Origin: an uncultured Desulfosarcina sp.
Lineage (GTDB): Bacteria > Desulfobacterota > Desulfobacteria > Desulfobacterales > Desulfosarcinaceae
Assembly: GCA_963674945.2 (NCBI GenBank)
Contig: CAXXWQ010000003.1
Coordinates: 832,001-896,000 of the forward strand
DNA length: 64,000 nt
Direction: 5' to 3'
Below are positions 1-10,716 of this stretch, piece after piece; positions within the stretch are counted from its first letter, which is position 1; the number at the start of each line of letters is the position of its first letter. The position numbers were made by a program, and so were the translations under genes. Under the pieces are notes generated by a model. It was not told the origin of the DNA. It saw only the letters and a list, made by a program, of their open reading frames with translations, and did no database searches.

Positions 1-1700
1 CAAAATGACGAAGAGTTCGTTTTCTACTCTAACACATGATCGTTGCCTTTAGTGTGAAGTATACGGTTTGCACGTGTTTCGTTTAACTGCCCATATACAA
101 AGGAAATTGTCGTGAAAAAAAATTCTTGCATGATATTTTCCCGAGTTACGCAGACGTTCAACATGCCACTTGTCTCCACGGCTTCGGTTTCAATCGCGCT
201 TGATCCAGGAAGTCGAGAAAATGGATCATCGCGGGCGTTCTCGCATCGTGTACGGAGAACTTGACCTTGTCACGGTTTTGATCTTTGACAACTTTTGCGG
301 CAATGAAAAGCAGCTTCAACCTGGCGATCCGGATTGTATTGGATGCCACCGTTTTTAAATGCGGCATCTTTTTTCTGTCCTGGCTCATGGCGGCAAGCAT
401 CTTGATGTAACGCCAAATGTTATACGACAGCACTACAAGTTGAAAGAACGCATAATTGTTTTTGAACTTTGCTGATGGGATGGCCTCAAGCCCTTCACGT
501 TTGGCCTCACCCACCAGGTTTTCAACGTCAGCGCGTTTATCATACTTGCTGACCACCTCATGGGCCGGCCCTGAAAGGTTCGTGCAGAATATCCGGTATG
601 TATAGTTGTCGTCTTCAAAGAGTAGGCATTGCACTTGCTGGTTTGAAGTTGATTTGGCTTTCGGTATACGCATGGCCACAAACCGGCACGGGGTATCCCA
701 ACCAAGGGGCTGATAGACGCAGCTGTTATACTCAACATCCTTGCGTTTCCAGGGCCGATACCAACCTCTCGGATCAAAGGGCGGGTCGCATCTCTTGTTG
801 GCGATGATGAAGTCATAGCCGCAGTGTCTTGCAGTCTGGACACTTTCCCAGCTCAGGAACTCTCCATCGGCCCGCAGCAGGACTTGGCGAACACAACCGG
901 GTAAATGGGATTTTGTCTGGAGGATAAAGGCAGCGGTCTGTTTGCCACTGAGTGTTTCACCTTTTCGAAGCTTTCCGATAAGACACTCCCGGGTCTGCTC
1001 AATGAAGCACAGCACCGGACGGTAACCTTTCTTTCCCCGGTTTTTGGTGTTATGGCCTTTCCTGCCTCCTTGCTGATTGCCGTACAGCGTCTCGACGGTG
1101 GTGTCGATATCGATGCATATCCGGTAATAATTGAAACCCAGTTGTTGCCACACCCGTTCTCGCAGAATGCTCATGAGCTTCTGAAGGGACTGGGCTTGGT
1201 TAATTCCCAAGCTGTCAAGGTATCGCCAGAAGGTGCTCGACACCGGCAACTTTGTCAGTCGGAAAAATCCACACAGCATGGCATCGAGTCGGATGTAGGT
1301 AAAATGCCAGATTCTGTTAAAGCCTATAAACAGTAGCATCAGAAGTCCTGCCACCATCGAATAGTGGCCCAGCTTTGGCTGCCGGACAGGCGCATGATAG
1401 GTGGAGTTAAATATTTGTTTGAAATCGATCAAATCGAAAAATTTGATCATCGCTAAAAGCCCGCCAAATGGACTTAGTTGCTCGCTGCATGTCTCATGCG
1501 GCGTAGAAGCGTTGATTTTTCTGGCCTTGGCAGCGTTTTTCTTAAACCCTTTGTTCTTGCGGTTTTTACGGCTTTTTGATTTACTTGATTTTACCATCTG
1601 GGTACCTCCTGTTTTTATTGTGGAAGCATGTCACCTCCCTTTATAACAGGATTCCCAGATGGTTTCTTCCTTATTTATGATTCGTCGTGCAAAATTTAGG
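1..1700 (-). mobile_element. IS1380-family insertion sequence (left end probably cut by window edge)
   Basis: Contains IS1380-type transposase; candidate terminus ...GCAAAATTTAGG ending at 1700 (CC/GG-type end); partner IR and TSD not visible. Confidence 0.65.
158..1597 (-). CDS. IS1380-family DDE transposase
   Basis: 479 aa; DIDTTVETLYGNQQG..GYRP, LLRADGEF and Y..RADVENLVGEAK motifs typical of IS1380/IS4-clan transposases. Confidence 0.88.
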   Translation of the reverse strand: MVKSSKSKSRKNRKNKGFKKNAAKARKINASTPHETCSEQLSPFGGLLAMIKFFDLIDFKQIFNSTYHAPVRQPKLGHYSMVAGLLMLLFIGFNRIWHFTYIRLDAMLCGFFRLTKLPVSSTFWRYLDSLGINQAQSLQKLMSILRERVWQQLGFNYYRICIDIDTTVETLYGNQQGGRKGHNTKNRGKKGYRPVLCFIEQTRECLIGKLRKGETLSGKQTAAFILQTKSHLPGCVRQVLLRADGEFLSWESVQTARHCGYDFIIANKRCDPPFDPRGWYRPWKRKDVEYNSCVYQPLGWDTPCRFVAMRIPKAKSTSNQQVQCLLFEDDNYTYRIFCTNLSGPAHEVVSKYDKRADVENLVGEAKREGLEAIPSAKFKNNYAFFQLVVLSYNIWRYIKMLAAMSQDRKKMPHLKTVASNTIRIARLKLLFIAAKVVKDQNRDKVKFSVHDARTPAMIHFLDFLDQARLKPKPWRQVAC

Positions 1701-1969
1701 TATCAACAAACAAATTTGTGCAGTAGTGCAGATTGTTTTTTGGCAACGGCCTCATTTTTAGTGGATCTTAAGAATTTTTTTTCTGCCCCGCGTTGTTTTT
1801 ACCTCCCTGACGTTGAGATTCTTCTCATTCAGAACTGATCAAAAAAACGGAGCACTACTCAATCAAGATCTTTCAACCTGTAAAAAATTCTGACATGTAA
1901 GATTCACAGCAGACGATGACCATAGAAAAAATATAGTATAAAATCATGAATATAAGGATTCAAACGTTT

Positions 1970-1985
1970 TGGTACGCCATTTGCT
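1970..1985 (+). promoter_or_regulatory. Putative sigma-54 (-24/-12) promoter
   Basis: TGGTACG-CCAT-TTGCT matches TGGCACG-N4-TTGC(A/T) with GG-N10-GC spacing, upstream of the CDS at 2207. Confidence 0.5.
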
Positions 1986-2206
1986 GGCATGTTTTGATAG
2001 TGTTTTTGTTCCCCAATCAATACCATAAAAATCCATAGAGAAGATAATGTAGCCAAGAATTTTCAAGTTTTCACAAAAGAAAGCAGTAATCAATCCATAG
2101 TATTTCACCTGTTCGGCGATTTTGATGGGTCATCAGCCTGTTAAATTAATTCAATACTGCGGTAATGCGTAGTCGACAAAAACGATACAGTTAACGGAGA
2201 TAAACG

Positions 2207-2515
2207 ATGAGTATTCAAAAACAGTATCTGAAAAAGAAACCTGTGTGCAAGGTCACTTTTAAAATTTCGGAAAATGTTGAAAATTCAGCGAAAGAAGCGC
2301 ACGTGGTGGGCGAGTTCAACGATTGGTCAACTTCGGCGACACCGATGAAACGATTGAAAAACGGTGCGTTCAGGGCCATTTTGGAATTGGAAAAAGGCCG
2401 GACCTACCAGTTTCGATATTTGTTGGGGCAATCCCACTGGAAAAACGATCCCGATGCCGACGAATATTTACCAACCCCTTTTGGAGACAGTCAGAATTCG
2501 GTAATTCGCGTGTAG
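2207..2515 (+). CDS. Isoamylase early-set / CBM48-like glycogen-binding domain protein
   Basis: CKVTF..A..VVGEFNDW..PMKRLKNG.F...LEL..G..YQFRYL...W.ND..AD pattern; GGAG RBS. Confidence 0.85.
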   Translation: MSIQKQYLKKKPVCKVTFKISENVENSAKEAHVVGEFNDWSTSATPMKRLKNGAFRAILELEKGRTYQFRYLLGQSHWKNDPDADEYLPTPFGDSQNSVIRV

Positions 2516-2636
2516 TGAACCTTTCAGTTCTCTTTCTTGGTGCGGTGCCTTTTCCATATCCATATTGATCTGGTAGGTCATTTTGGCATTGGCACAAGGC
2601 GGGTCAACCATCTTTAAGAAGGAAGGGGGCTGGCAA

Positions 2637-2951
2637 ATGAATACAATTCTAAAAATCATCAGTGGAATTCTTTTAAGTGGTTCGATTACGGGGATCATTA
2701 TGTGTAACAATCCAATGACTTCAAAGATGTCAATTGCCAGCTTCAACAATACCGACACGAATGTTCAACCAGTTAATCCGATTAAATACGAAGACTACCC
2801 AACTGCTATGAGGGTGGTACTCTCACGGGTGATGTTTGACAGTGACGGACAGGCGATTGGGATTCTATTTTCGACATCGAAAAAAGAGTTTTGTGAAAAC
2901 AGAACTGGAGACCCCAAGGGCTTTTTCATCTCAAGGCGAACGGAACAGTAA
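2637..2951 (+). CDS. Hypothetical exported/membrane protein
   Basis: GGGGG RBS before ATG 2637; hydrophobic N-terminus. Confidence 0.4.
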   Translation: MNTILKIISGILLSGSITGIIMCNNPMTSKMSIASFNNTDTNVQPVNPIKYEDYPTAMRVVLSRVMFDSDGQAIGILFSTSKKEFCENRTGDPKGFFISRRTEQ

Positions 2952-3057
2952 CCGGAAAACGCCGCAATCTCATCGAATTAACAGAGGATTTATGGCCGAC
3001 ATCCATTTGGATGTGCTTCTTATAAAACACACATATTCTATAAAAGGAGAACCAGCC

Positions 3058-3519
3058 ATGTTTGATTTGATGCCTTACAGAAAAAGATCCGGAAGAGATC
3101 TGATCAATTTTAGGGATGAAATGGACCATTTGTTCAACCGTTTTTTTGGCATGGAGTCTCCGATCTCGCGACGACTTTTCGGAGATGGGGATTGGGTGCC
3201 GCGGCTTGATATCAGCGAAGCAAAGGACGAAATCACGGTAAAAGTCGAGATTCCGGGTTGTGAGGCCAAAGATATCGATGTGAAGCTTGATGGCCGGACT
3301 TTGAAGATCAGTGGCGAGAAAAAACAGGAGAAGGAAGAAAAGGGTGAAAATTTTCACCGCGTGGAAAGAACTTTTGGCAGTTTCTCCCGCATGGTGGAAC
3401 TGCCCGGTGAAGTCGATGTGAAAGCGATCGAGGCGACTTACAAGGAAGGGGTATTAAAACTGGTCTTCAAAAAAACCGAAACGACGGAAGCAAAAAAGAT
3501 CGAAATTAAAACCAGTTGA
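3058..3519 (+). CDS. Hsp20/alpha-crystallin small heat-shock protein
   Basis: WVPRLDISE..EIPG..DIDV..L.ISGEKK..HRVERTFGSFSR.VELP..ATYKEGVL; AGGAG RBS before ATG 3058. Confidence 0.95.
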   Translation: MFDLMPYRKRSGRDLINFRDEMDHLFNRFFGMESPISRRLFGDGDWVPRLDISEAKDEITVKVEIPGCEAKDIDVKLDGRTLKISGEKKQEKEEKGENFHRVERTFGSFSRMVELPGEVDVKAIEATYKEGVLKLVFKKTETTEAKKIEIKTS

Positions 3520-3639
3520 CCTCCTGGCAACCGGTTTTTTCGCAGCACGCCGGAGTTGAATCCTTTCGATGGGTGAAGTGAACGGCGTGCTGCATCGACA
3601 TTGAAGCAGATAGTATGATCCGTTAGAGGAGAAAACATA

Positions 3640-3978
3640 ATGAAGACGCCGGAAAAAAATAAAAGAACCAGATCTATACCGCGAATTTCCACAGATGCTG
3701 TTATTACATGCCGGCCTTTTGACAGCAGCGGATTCATCCATTCTGCCGATGGCATCATGCGCAATTTTTCTAACCAAGGAGTGTATATCGAAACAAATCG
3801 CGAATTCAAATCAGGTGCGATTTTGATCATGCGCATGCTTCGCTATCCGTCTATGCCTTCATCAACAGACGACGGAACACAGCCACGATCAATATGCATA
3901 GCAGAAGTCAAATGGCAGCAAGATTTGACTGACGATAATGCCACTCGTTTTGGCATGGGGTTGCGTTATCTTGACTAA
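3640..3978 (+). CDS. PilZ-domain protein
   Basis: RxxxR (RSIPR) and NxSxxG (NFSNQG) c-di-GMP motifs; C-terminal GMGLRY. Confidence 0.8.
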   Translation: MKTPEKNKRTRSIPRISTDAVITCRPFDSSGFIHSADGIMRNFSNQGVYIETNREFKSGAILIMRMLRYPSMPSSTDDGTQPRSICIAEVKWQQDLTDDNATRFGMGLRYLD

Positions 3979-4087
3979 ACGATAAAGACATGACGAACCA
4001 GTATGAAAACCTCCGAATTCTGGTGGTGACCCCGGAAGTTACTTTTATTTTCATTTTATTTCATCTCCGTTCCTACCGAATTCAAGC

Positions 4088-6283
4088 TTAAAATGTAAAT
4101 TCCGCCGCCATTTTGTTGAGCTCTTCTGCAAAAGCTGAAAGTTCTTTGGCACTGCTGCTGATTTGAGTGCTGCCACTGGCAATCTCTTGGACGGCTTGGT
4201 AAACTTCCTCAATATCCTGGGTAATCGTAACGGATACGTCGCTGCTATCTGTTACGTTCTTATTTAAATTTTCAATGCGTTGGGAGGCCTGTTGGACGTT
4301 TGTTGCAATTTCTTTGCTGACTGTTGACTGTTCCTCCATTGCAGCGGCTATGGTGTTGACGATTTCACTCAGATCGTGGATGATTACAGAAATTTGATCA
4401 ATCTTTCCAACCGTGTCTCTGGTTTTTGATTGAATGGTGGAAATGTTACTGCCGATTTCTTTTGTTGACTCGGCTGTTTGTTTAGCCAAATCTTTAATTT
4501 CATTCGCAACCACTGCAAACCCTTTTCCGGCCTCACCGGCCCGGGCTGCCTCGATTGTAGCGTTGAGAGCAAGTAGATTGGTTTGTTCCGATATTTCGGC
4601 GATTGCCTCTGTAACCTTTCCGATCTGGTCGACGGATGATCCCAATTCATTTACCTGTTTCGAAACTGTTTTTGATTGGTTAACCACGTCGTCGGCAATA
4701 AAGCGGCCTTTTTCCGTGGTCCTGGCAAGTTCTCCTACGGTTGCATGTATCTGTTCGGTAGCAGTTGCGACCAGTTGAACGTTGGTCGAAGCTTCTTGCG
4801 AGGATGAGGCGATACTTTGCAAGTTATTGCTCATATGATCAGCTGCCCCCGCCACGCTCTGGGCCTTCCCCGCACTTTGCTCGGATCCCGATGTCATTTG
4901 ATGTGAAACGGCAGAAAGCTCGTTGGAGGATGATGTCAGTGTTTTCACGCCTTCGGAAATATTTTTTAGCATTCCTCTGAGACTGTCGGACATGTGGTTT
5001 AACGCATTGACCAAGGTCCCGATCTCATCCTTTTGAACGAGATCCAATTTTTGTGAAAAATCGCCTTTTGCCATGGCTGCCGCAAAATCGACCGCTTTTT
5101 GAAGGGGGCTCACAATTCCGACAGAAACAAAACGCCAAACCAAGATGGTGGCGATTATCGTAACGGCTATCACTGCAATCGTTATCGATAGATTCGATCG
5201 GCTTATTGAGTCGATGTGGGCTTTGGATTGATTAAACTCATCACTGTAAGCACCAGCACCAATGATCCAGTCCCAATCCTTGAAATAGGCCAAACGTGCA
5301 ATCTTCAAGCGAGGATCTGGATCTTCCGGATTTTGCCAATCGTAGCTATGCTCGGCAGTTTGCCCGGGTTTTAGGGAGAGTGCTTTTTTGCATATTTCTT
5401 TAATGGGGTAGCCCCCATTGGCGTCTTTGACCTCGAATATGTTTTTTCCATCCTGTTCGCCGTTTTTTGAAATCACATAATGTCCCTTGGAATCGAAGAC
5501 ATAAACATATCCTGTTTTTCCAACTTTGGTGTCGATAATCGCCTGCCGCAAACTTTTTACACTTTCCTGAGGAATGCCGACATAAAGCATTCCAATCACC
5601 CGTTTGCCTGAATCAAAAATTGGCTCATAGGCGGTAATATACCACTGGTCCACAACGAATGCCCTCCCACGGAAGGTTTTTCCTTGTAAAACCTGTGAAA
5701 CAACCGGATTGGGATTTCCATCAGGATTAATCTTGGGTATGAAAGTGCCGATCGCGCGCGTACCATCTTTATTTATCACATTGGTTGAAATACGTAGCAT
5801 ATCTCCAACATCATTCATACGCTGGAAAATCGTACATGTCCCCCCGGCAATCTTTTTTACTTTGTCGACCATCGGAGATGGTTCATTCATGCTTGTAGTT
5901 TTTCCCAGCCACCTTTCGCCGAGGTTGAATTTTGGTAATTGAATGGACTGGACGGACTTTGTAAACTGGTTCACCGCCCTCCACTGTACAGTCTCTTCCG
6001 AAAAGCCCGCTTCTCCCGAATGGCTCAAAACCTCACGCGCCATGTTCAGGGAGTGGTCCACCATTTCTTGAACAACCTCTTGGTGGGCTTTGCACATGGC
6101 ATATACCCCTTGGACGATGTGGTCTAGGTCATTGGTGGCAATTGTGTTGATCTCTTGGTTAAAAACAGCGGATTTTTTATCTGACAAGAAAAAAGAGGTG
6201 CAAACTACGAGCAACAAGGGAATAACGCTAAGTGCAAGACCATAAGTTCGAAGCCGATTTTGCAAACGTAAATTTTTCAACAT
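4088..6283 (-). CDS. Methyl-accepting chemotaxis protein with Cache sensor and HAMP domains
   Basis: Two TM segments, Cache-like periplasmic region, HAMP (DEIGTL), signalling hairpin [31 protein letters not shown]. Confidence 0.95.
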   Translation of the reverse strand: MLKNLRLQNRLRTYGLALSVIPLLLVVCTSFFLSDKKSAVFNQEINTIATNDLDHIVQGVYAMCKAHQEVVQEMVDHSLNMAREVLSHSGEAGFSEETVQWRAVNQFTKSVQSIQLPKFNLGERWLGKTTSMNEPSPMVDKVKKIAGGTCTIFQRMNDVGDMLRISTNVINKDGTRAIGTFIPKINPDGNPNPVVSQVLQGKTFRGRAFVVDQWYITAYEPIFDSGKRVIGMLYVGIPQESVKSLRQAIIDTKVGKTGYVYVFDSKGHYVISKNGEQDGKNIFEVKDANGGYPIKEICKKALSLKPGQTAEHSYDWQNPEDPDPRLKIARLAYFKDWDWIIGAGAYSDEFNQSKAHIDSISRSNLSITIAVIAVTIIATILVWRFVSVGIVSPLQKAVDFAAAMAKGDFSQKLDLVQKDEIGTLVNALNHMSDSLRGMLKNISEGVKTLTSSSNELSAVSHQMTSGSEQSAGKAQSVAGAADHMSNNLQSIASSSQEASTNVQLVATATEQIHATVGELARTTEKGRFIADDVVNQSKTVSKQVNELGSSVDQIGKVTEAIAEISEQTNLLALNATIEAARAGEAGKGFAVVANEIKDLAKQTAESTKEIGSNISTIQSKTRDTVGKIDQISVIIHDLSEIVNTIAAAMEEQSTVSKEIATNVQQASQRIENLNKNVTDSSDVSVTITQDIEEVYQAVQEIASGSTQISSSAKELSAFAEELNKMAAEFTF

Positions 6284-6591
6284 CTCTCTTTCCTCATTGA
6301 TTTTAAACAAAATTAGATAGCACCAATACAGATAATAGGGAGATAACATACGATTGAGATTTCAAATCGGCACAAATGTTCAGAACTTTATGAGAAAATC
6401 TATAAAAATATTCGCTGACATTGAAAAGGCGATATCTTGGCTCGCCAACGATGATAATGAATTCGAAGCATTAATCAATTTTGTGAATAAAATAATCAAT
6501 AACGATCGTATACCAAGAATACGATGAATCAAACAAGCCACTATCCTTTCAAAACAATTCTTTTATTCGTAACTACGGGAGGTTAATACTT

Positions 6592-7074
6592 ATGAAAACA
6601 ATCAAAGGAGATCTGATCAAACTGGCCTTGGCCGGCCGGTTCGACATGATAATTCACGGATGCAACTGTTTCCATACCATGGGCGCCGGGATCGCCAAAC
6701 AGATCCGGAAAACCTTCCCAATCGCATATGAAGTGGATTTGGAAACCGAATATGGTTCAAGAAAGAAACTTGGCACCTTTTCATATATAATCGATATTCC
6801 CCGGAAACTCGTGATCGTCAATGCCTATACCCAGTATAATTTCCGAGGCCGGCGAAACGTTGATTATGTCGCCATTCGCAAAGCTTTCCGGGCAATTCGC
6901 CAGGCAATTCGCCAGGCAATTCGAAATTTTGACTTCGGCCAAAACTTTCCGATTGAGCGGATTGGTTATCCAAAGATCGGTGCCGGACTTGCCGGTGGTG
7001 ATTGGAATATCATTTCAAAGATTATCGAAGATGAACTGTTTGATCTGGACCACACCTTGGTTGAACTTCCATAA
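6592..7074 (+). CDS. Macro-domain protein (ADP-ribose binding/hydrolase)
   Basis: IKGDL..IIHGCNCFHTMGAGIAKQI and PKIGAGLAGGDW macro motifs; GGAGG RBS. Confidence 0.9.
   Translation: MKTIKGDLIKLALAGRFDMIIHGCNCFHTMGAGIAKQIRKTFPIAYEVDLETEYGSRKKLGTFSYIIDIPRKLVIVNAYTQYNFRGRRNVDYVAIRKAFRAIRQAIRQAIRNFDFGQNFPIERIGYPKIGAGLAGGDWNIISKIIEDELFDLDHTLVELP
6891..6923 (+). repeat. In-frame 12-bp tandem repeat (GGCAATTCGCCA x2.75) inside macro gene
   Basis: Directly visible; encodes AIRQAIRQAIR. Confidence 0.85.
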
Positions 7075-7372
7075 CGTACTTTTTTCAGGGAATTGAGATT
7101 TATCCCTACGCAAAACCACAATCACATCATTCTATCAACCTTCGCACCAGGCCATCCCGTAACGACACCCAAAGTGCAAGTGACGAGGCCGAGATATCGT
7201 CACCGGGCAGAATTATCTCAGTGGGTTTTCCACCGGACGCGGTGAAAACACTCGAAGGTTGCGGAAAAGAAAGGAGAATTTGTAATGCCGGAATTGGACG
7301 CTTTTATTGAACCATTTTTTTCTCAAATCACCACTTGCAAATAAACCATTGTTGAATTGATTTGGAGGGTAA

Positions 7373-7969
7373 ATGAAAGCCATTGTCGAATTGAAAAAAG
7401 ATATCGTAAGAGATTTGATTCAGGACTATTTCAAAAAACAAACTGGAACCGAATTTTCCTGCGCCAAAATTGCCATTGAATTCGAAGATGAGAATATGAC
7501 GGAAATTTCTCGTTTCATTGCCGAAATTGATCTCGAAAAACATTGTCCATCTTTTAAAACAGAAAAAAACCAAAGATCTGAACCTCTTGGCCCTTCAAAT
7601 AACGACATCATCGAAGATTGTGAATTCTGTAAAGAAGTAGGAAACCATGCATCAAACAAGAAATTGTTCGATTTTCCCCAAAAGCCGTTAGGCATGTTAC
7701 CGGGATGTAGTAGATTGAATCGCAGTTATGACGCTAAAACAAGCAAATGTCGAAAATGTGAATATGCCAAAAGATGTAGGAGCATGTTGGGGAAATACCT
7801 TCAATCAGCATTATGTTTATTGAACGATTTGGAATTTGTTGTAAAAAAACCTGCGTGTTTCGGCATGGGATCAAACAAGAGATTAGTCAGATGTAAACAC
7901 TGTGCAATTACAGAATATTGTGATCTTCAACGCGCCATATCTCTTGATTCAAAAAAAATGGCGGCATAA
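7373..7969 (+). CDS. Cys-rich hypothetical protein
   Basis: 198 aa, GGAGG RBS, several CxxC pairs and two similar C...CxxCxxxxxC units. Confidence 0.65.
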   Translation: MKAIVELKKDIVRDLIQDYFKKQTGTEFSCAKIAIEFEDENMTEISRFIAEIDLEKHCPSFKTEKNQRSEPLGPSNNDIIEDCEFCKEVGNHASNKKLFDFPQKPLGMLPGCSRLNRSYDAKTSKCRKCEYAKRCRSMLGKYLQSALCLLNDLEFVVKKPACFGMGSNKRLVRCKHCAITEYCDLQRAISLDSKKMAA

Positions 7970-7984
7970 AAAAAGAGGACGGTA

Positions 7985-8206
7985 ATGAAAAAAAAACAGT
8001 TTAAAGATGAAAGCGACTACGACCTCACCCATCGACAAATCTATAAGGCAATCTGGGCCGCCAAACTCTCGACCAATTTCATCCGAGAACATTTTGTTTT
8101 GACCGAAGATACCCATCAAGACGGATCACTCCGGCGGTTTTACATGATCAGCGATGAAGGCTACAAAGCCATTGAACCTCATTTGATAAACGAAAGGAGG
8201 ACATAG
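7985..8206 (+). CDS. Hypothetical protein
   Basis: 73 aa, GAGG RBS, tight spacing, followed by terminator. Confidence 0.55.
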   Translation: MKKKQFKDESDYDLTHRQIYKAIWAAKLSTNFIREHFVLTEDTHQDGSLRRFYMISDEGYKAIEPHLINERRT

Positions 8207-8242
8207 AAAGTAGAATATTATTAATCCCCATGAACCCTTAAT

Positions 8243-8277
8243 GCCCCGGCTACGGCCGGGGCGCCCTTTTTATTTAT
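8243..8277 (+). terminator. Rho-independent terminator
   Basis: GCCCCGGC-TACG-GCCGGGGC perfect stem with UNCG loop, then a T-rich tract. Confidence 0.75.
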
Positions 8278-8464
8278 TCGGTTTTTTCTTTATTCCAACA
8301 GTTCATCCTAATGAATTGCTGGGAATTGATGGGCAAAATCATCTCTTGCACATGAATAACCGCATTATTATCGACAAAAGACTTGATATTAATTATATTT
8401 ATATGATGTATGGATATCGATTATCTGATTCAAATTGCATAAAAAATATGTTTGAGGTGATCCA

Positions 8465-8671
8465 ATGAGCACATTTACCGCCGTTATCCACAAAGAAAAC
8501 GATCTCTATGTCGCCCAGTGTCCTGAGATCGGAACGGCCAGCCAGGGTGAAACCATTGAAGAAGCCGTCAATAACCTTCAGGAAGCGACAGAGCTTTATT
8601 TAGAGGAATTCCCGATTAAGACGAGCTTTCGCCCGATCATGACCACCTTCGAGGTACCAACCCATGCCTGA
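8465..8671 (+). CDS. hicB: HicB-family antitoxin (short form)
   Basis: YVAQCPEIGTASQGETIEEAVNNLQEATELYLE; overlaps the hicA start. Confidence 0.88.
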   Translation: MSTFTAVIHKENDLYVAQCPEIGTASQGETIEEAVNNLQEATELYLEEFPIKTSFRPIMTTFEVPTHA

Positions 8672-8888
8672 ACTTCCCAGAATTTCTGGAGATGAGGCTA
8701 TCAAGGTTTTTACCCGACTTGGATTTTATGAGGTCCGCCAAAAAGGCAGCCATGTGGTCATGAGGCGGCAAGACAAGGGGTGTGTGATACCGCGTCACAA
8801 AGAACTTGCCCTTGGCACTCTTCGAAGCGCCATCAGGCAGGCCGGTCTTACCATCGAGGAATTTATTGAAGCCTACAGCAAAAAGTAA
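8664..8888 (+). CDS. hicA: HicA-family mRNA interferase toxin
   Basis: LGFYEVRQKGSHVVM..VIPRHKELALGTLRSAIRQAG. Confidence 0.92.
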   Translation: MPELPRISGDEAIKVFTRLGFYEVRQKGSHVVMRRQDKGCVIPRHKELALGTLRSAIRQAGLTIEEFIEAYSKK

Positions 8889-8965
8889 TCCTTCAGCTCT
8901 GCTGAGGTTGAAATCGGGAACGTCCATTGCCATAACATGGAGGTTGGTGCATAGAAAGGGTTTTT

Positions 8966-9544
8966 ATGTCAGGTAATGGAAAATATACGCTCAAACCGTC
9001 AGAAGTGAAAAAGCTTCTTTTTTGCTGTGAAGACTTACGAGAAAGGATTATTGTCCGCTTAATGGTTCATTGTGGGTTGCGACGGGAAGAAGTCGCAAAT
9101 CTACTCATCGATCGAATCGATTGGAACAGAAATCGGATCTCTTTTATTGGTAAAGGGCGCCTGGCCGGCATCGTCCCGGTCCCCCCGGATCTTCTGCAAG
9201 ACATCAAATTCTTTATTGCCAACCGAAGATCCGGATATTTGTTTCCCGCAAAAAAACGGAAGAACGCCCCTTTGACGATCGTTCAAATTAACCGTATCGT
9301 CACCGAAGTCGGACGGCGCGCAAACTTGAGATCTCCCAACCCCAACACTAAGACGGGAAATATTAACCCGCATCTGCTGCGACATACATTCTGCCGTCTA
9401 TGCAAAGACTCCAAATTGAACATTGAAGAAGTTCAAGGCCTTATGCGACACAAATCATTCAAGACTACTTACGATATTTATGGCACTTTAAATTTTGATG
9501 AAATTCAAAAACGATATGAAGAAAAATTCCTCACCAGCATTTAA
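8966..9544 (+). CDS. Tyrosine recombinase, essentially catalytic domain only
   Basis: CGLRREE (R), GKG (K), HLLRH (HxxR), MRH (H), TYDIY (Y); only 192 aa. Confidence 0.88.
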   Translation: MSGNGKYTLKPSEVKKLLFCCEDLRERIIVRLMVHCGLRREEVANLLIDRIDWNRNRISFIGKGRLAGIVPVPPDLLQDIKFFIANRRSGYLFPAKKRKNAPLTIVQINRIVTEVGRRANLRSPNPNTKTGNINPHLLRHTFCRLCKDSKLNIEEVQGLMRHKSFKTTYDIYGTLNFDEIQKRYEEKFLTSI

Positions 9545-9827
9545 TTCATTCCTGATTGATTTAGGACCGCCTATCAAGGTTCGTTGTCGTATATGTAAAG
9601 AATGGTGTGATTCCATCCCCTTATCCGATTTTACAATGTTCTTTTGCAAATCGATATTTTGCACCAATGTATTTGAATTACGGTATCAAAAAGATGGTAC
9701 TTGGGAACCACACAATTATGGTTCCCAAGTAGATTTTTCCGTGGAAAAAGAAAAACAAGCTTTCATGAGTCTTTTACGAAAGCCTCAAAAAACCCGCAAT
9801 GTATTTATTCCACGTATTATTAAATAA
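9495..9827 (+). CDS. Hypothetical protein
   Basis: 110 aa ORF with CxxC pairs, overlapping the recombinase end; start uncertain. Confidence 0.35.
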   Translation: MMKFKNDMKKNSSPAFNSFLIDLGPPIKVRCRICKEWCDSIPLSDFTMFFCKSIFCTNVFELRYQKDGTWEPHNYGSQVDFSVEKEKQAFMSLLRKPQKTRNVFIPRIIK

Positions 9828-9829
9828 TT

Positions 9830-10222
9830 TCAATTCGTTATTTCGATAATTTCTTTTATGATATTTTTATGGCAAGATGTATAAGGTATATGAAGTGTGA
9901 AGTGTTTTCCACATGGAAGTTCATAATTGATGGGAGGATTTTTCCTTTTATGTCTCTGATATTCTAATATAATTTCTTTTTTAAATTCCAATTCATCCAA
10001 AAAAAATTCAAAAACAATCGCACCCCGATCATGAAGAACTGCTGTATATAATTGATCTTCACATATACGATAATAACCGTTTAAAAAGGTTTCCCCTTGA
10101 TACCAATCAAATTGAGCAAATTCATCATGTTCAAGAAATGAAATTCCCACTTTGATTTTCTTTTTATCTTCGTTTTCATTATCAATTTGACATCTTCGAT
10201 TGAACATAATTCCTGGTTTCAT
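9830..10222 (-). CDS. Hypothetical protein
   Basis: AAGGAG RBS before ATG at 10222 (MKPGIMF); AT-rich. Confidence 0.45.
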   Translation of the reverse strand: MKPGIMFNRRCQIDNENEDKKKIKVGISFLEHDEFAQFDWYQGETFLNGYYRICEDQLYTAVLHDRGAIVFEFFLDELEFKKEIILEYQRHKRKNPPINYELPCGKHFTLHIPYTSCHKNIIKEIIEITN

Positions 10223-10716
10223 TATCAAGCTCCTTTTGGTAACATTTGTATTTCTCAGGGCATGTAACAATTTTATTTTTATTTCCTTTCTTATGCAATT
10301 TTAAAAGTAGATTAAAAAAATGAAAATATTTTATCTCATTTTTTATCTTTGTAAATAAAAATAAATTTTGAACATAAATTTTAAATAAAAATCGAATATT
10401 TATTGAGCTTTTGAAAGAAAAAAGGAGATTAAAATGGATACTATTCAAATGCGGATGAATAATAAGTAATTCAATTGCCCGTATTTGTCGTTGAAAGATA
10501 TTTCATAACAAATTGTAACGTAAATTTTATTTAATTTCAAATTGATAGAAAATTTAAATTAACCGCAAAATAAAAAACATCAATTTTACCCCACGATATA
10601 AAACCCTTAATAACCTTTTCTCATGATAACACATTATCTGTTTATAAACCCATCAAATAAAAATAGACAAACGATAGCAAACATGCCACCACCTGTCTAT
10701 TTTATATCACAAAATA

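Noticed and set aside
6350..6591. attL/attR direct repeats or a tRNA at the element edges (compared with 61682-61870)
   Set aside because: No shared repeat or tRNA-like sequence found by eye; boundaries remain approximate.
6891..6923. 12-bp tandem repeat as a phase-variation switch
   Set aside because: Unit is a multiple of three, so copy-number change would not shift the frame.
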